Part shown: positions 63,625 through 64,000 of the stretch, piece after piece | Position numbering within the stretch: position 1 is the stretch's first letter | Layout: each line of letters begins with the position of its first letter | NCBI GenBank assembly: GCA_964370845.1 | Contig: CAYJLB010000008.1 | Location: 552-64,551, forward strand | Direction of reading: 5' to 3' | DNA from: an uncultured Oscillospiraceae bacterium | GTDB lineage: Bacteria; Bacillota; Clostridia; Oscillospirales; Ruminococcaceae | Length of the DNA: 64,000 bases | The notes under the pieces: generated by a model | Told to the model about the DNA's origin: nothing | Databases searched by the model: none | Seen by the model: only the letters and a program-made list of their open reading frames with translations | Position numbers and translations under genes: made by a program

Positions 63625-64000
63625 TTATTGAATTACTTGAGCTGTCATTGTTTCTATTGTTTTTCCGTTGTAATCAAAATCTGTTTTAGTATAATTGATT
63701 ACAACTTCTTGAGTTTCACCTGATTGTGATGTGTAAGTGTTTAAGATTACACCATTTTCAAGAACTTCTCTGTTTACCCAAGTTGAATTAACCACTTCTT
63801 TTAAGACATTATTTACTTCACCATAAACTTCATTAATTAAGTCTTTATAAAGAGAAAATTCTGTTGAATAAAAGTTTGAAGATTGAGTGTCTTGCAATAA
63901 ATAAGAAGGCTCCTCTGATAAAATAAATGCTGGATAAATATTATAATCAATCATTTTTAATATATCAGATTGGCTATAAAATGAAAAGTTTACATAAGGT
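63625..64000 (-). CDS. C-terminal fragment of an unidentified protein (frame open to the window edge), first visible gene of the GH16/permease operon
   Basis: The reading frame continues upstream of the listed ATG (63954) to nt 64000. No motif recognised. Confidence 0.45.
   Translation of the reverse strand, partial: PYVNFSFYSQSDILKMIDYNIYPAFILSEEPSYLLQDTQSSNFYSTEFSLYKDLINEVYGEVNNVLKEVVNSTWVNREVLENGVILNTYTSQSGETQEVVINYTKTDFDYNGKTIETMTAQVIQ

Noticed and set aside
1-64000. A defence island, prophage, integrative element or toxin-antitoxin system.
   Set aside because: Reading every ORF of 60 aa or more, and the larger intergenic gaps, I found no integrase, recombinase, transposase, restriction-modification, Cas, helicase-nuclease, phage structural or typical TA genes. 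The only mobile-looking features are the non-autonomous repeats.

Overview
This is a low-GC, densely coding chromosomal segment of Firmicutes/Clostridia type, with most genes on the minus strand. The first ~12 kb is housekeeping: tig-clpP-clpX, thrC, yraN-rnhB-rbgA-lepB-rplS, and a TIGR03960/TIGR03936 radical-SAM pair. The rest mixes core genes (tsaD-rimI-polA, an EF-G paralogue) with accessory modules. These are a polar amino-acid ABC importer; a PadR-DUF1700-DUF4097x2-PspC envelope module; a LacI + pullulanase + maltodextrin ABC locus; mtlR-mtlD; pnuC-GNAT; an ECF sigma/anti-sigma pair; an aldehyde:ferredoxin oxidoreductase; HxlR-VOC; a heterodimeric ABC exporter; Crp/Fnr + ferredoxin; and a GH16 + sugar-permease locus. 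I found no rRNA, tRNA, CRISPR array, transposase, integrase, phage gene or recognisable defence gene. The region most worth a second look is 12.4-21.5 kb. There a FecCD/BtuCD-class ABC importer sits among four secreted lipoproteins. Two of them carry seven tandem modules (5+2) that by eye resemble the sulfite-oxidase/MsrP molybdoenzyme fold, one has an FMN_bind-type flavinylation motif, and one is rhodanese-like. Two long 5' leaders in this locus share a conserved hairpin with compensatory changes, each followed by a terminator, which suggests an unclassified riboswitch or attenuator. The second notable signal is a GC-rich ~75-115 bp intergenic repeat family ending in the palindrome GCAACGTSACGTTGC. 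I see seven units at four loci; they bracket the pnuC-GNAT pair as direct repeats and supply the last codons and stop codon of two genes. All family assignments were made by eye from motifs, with no database search.
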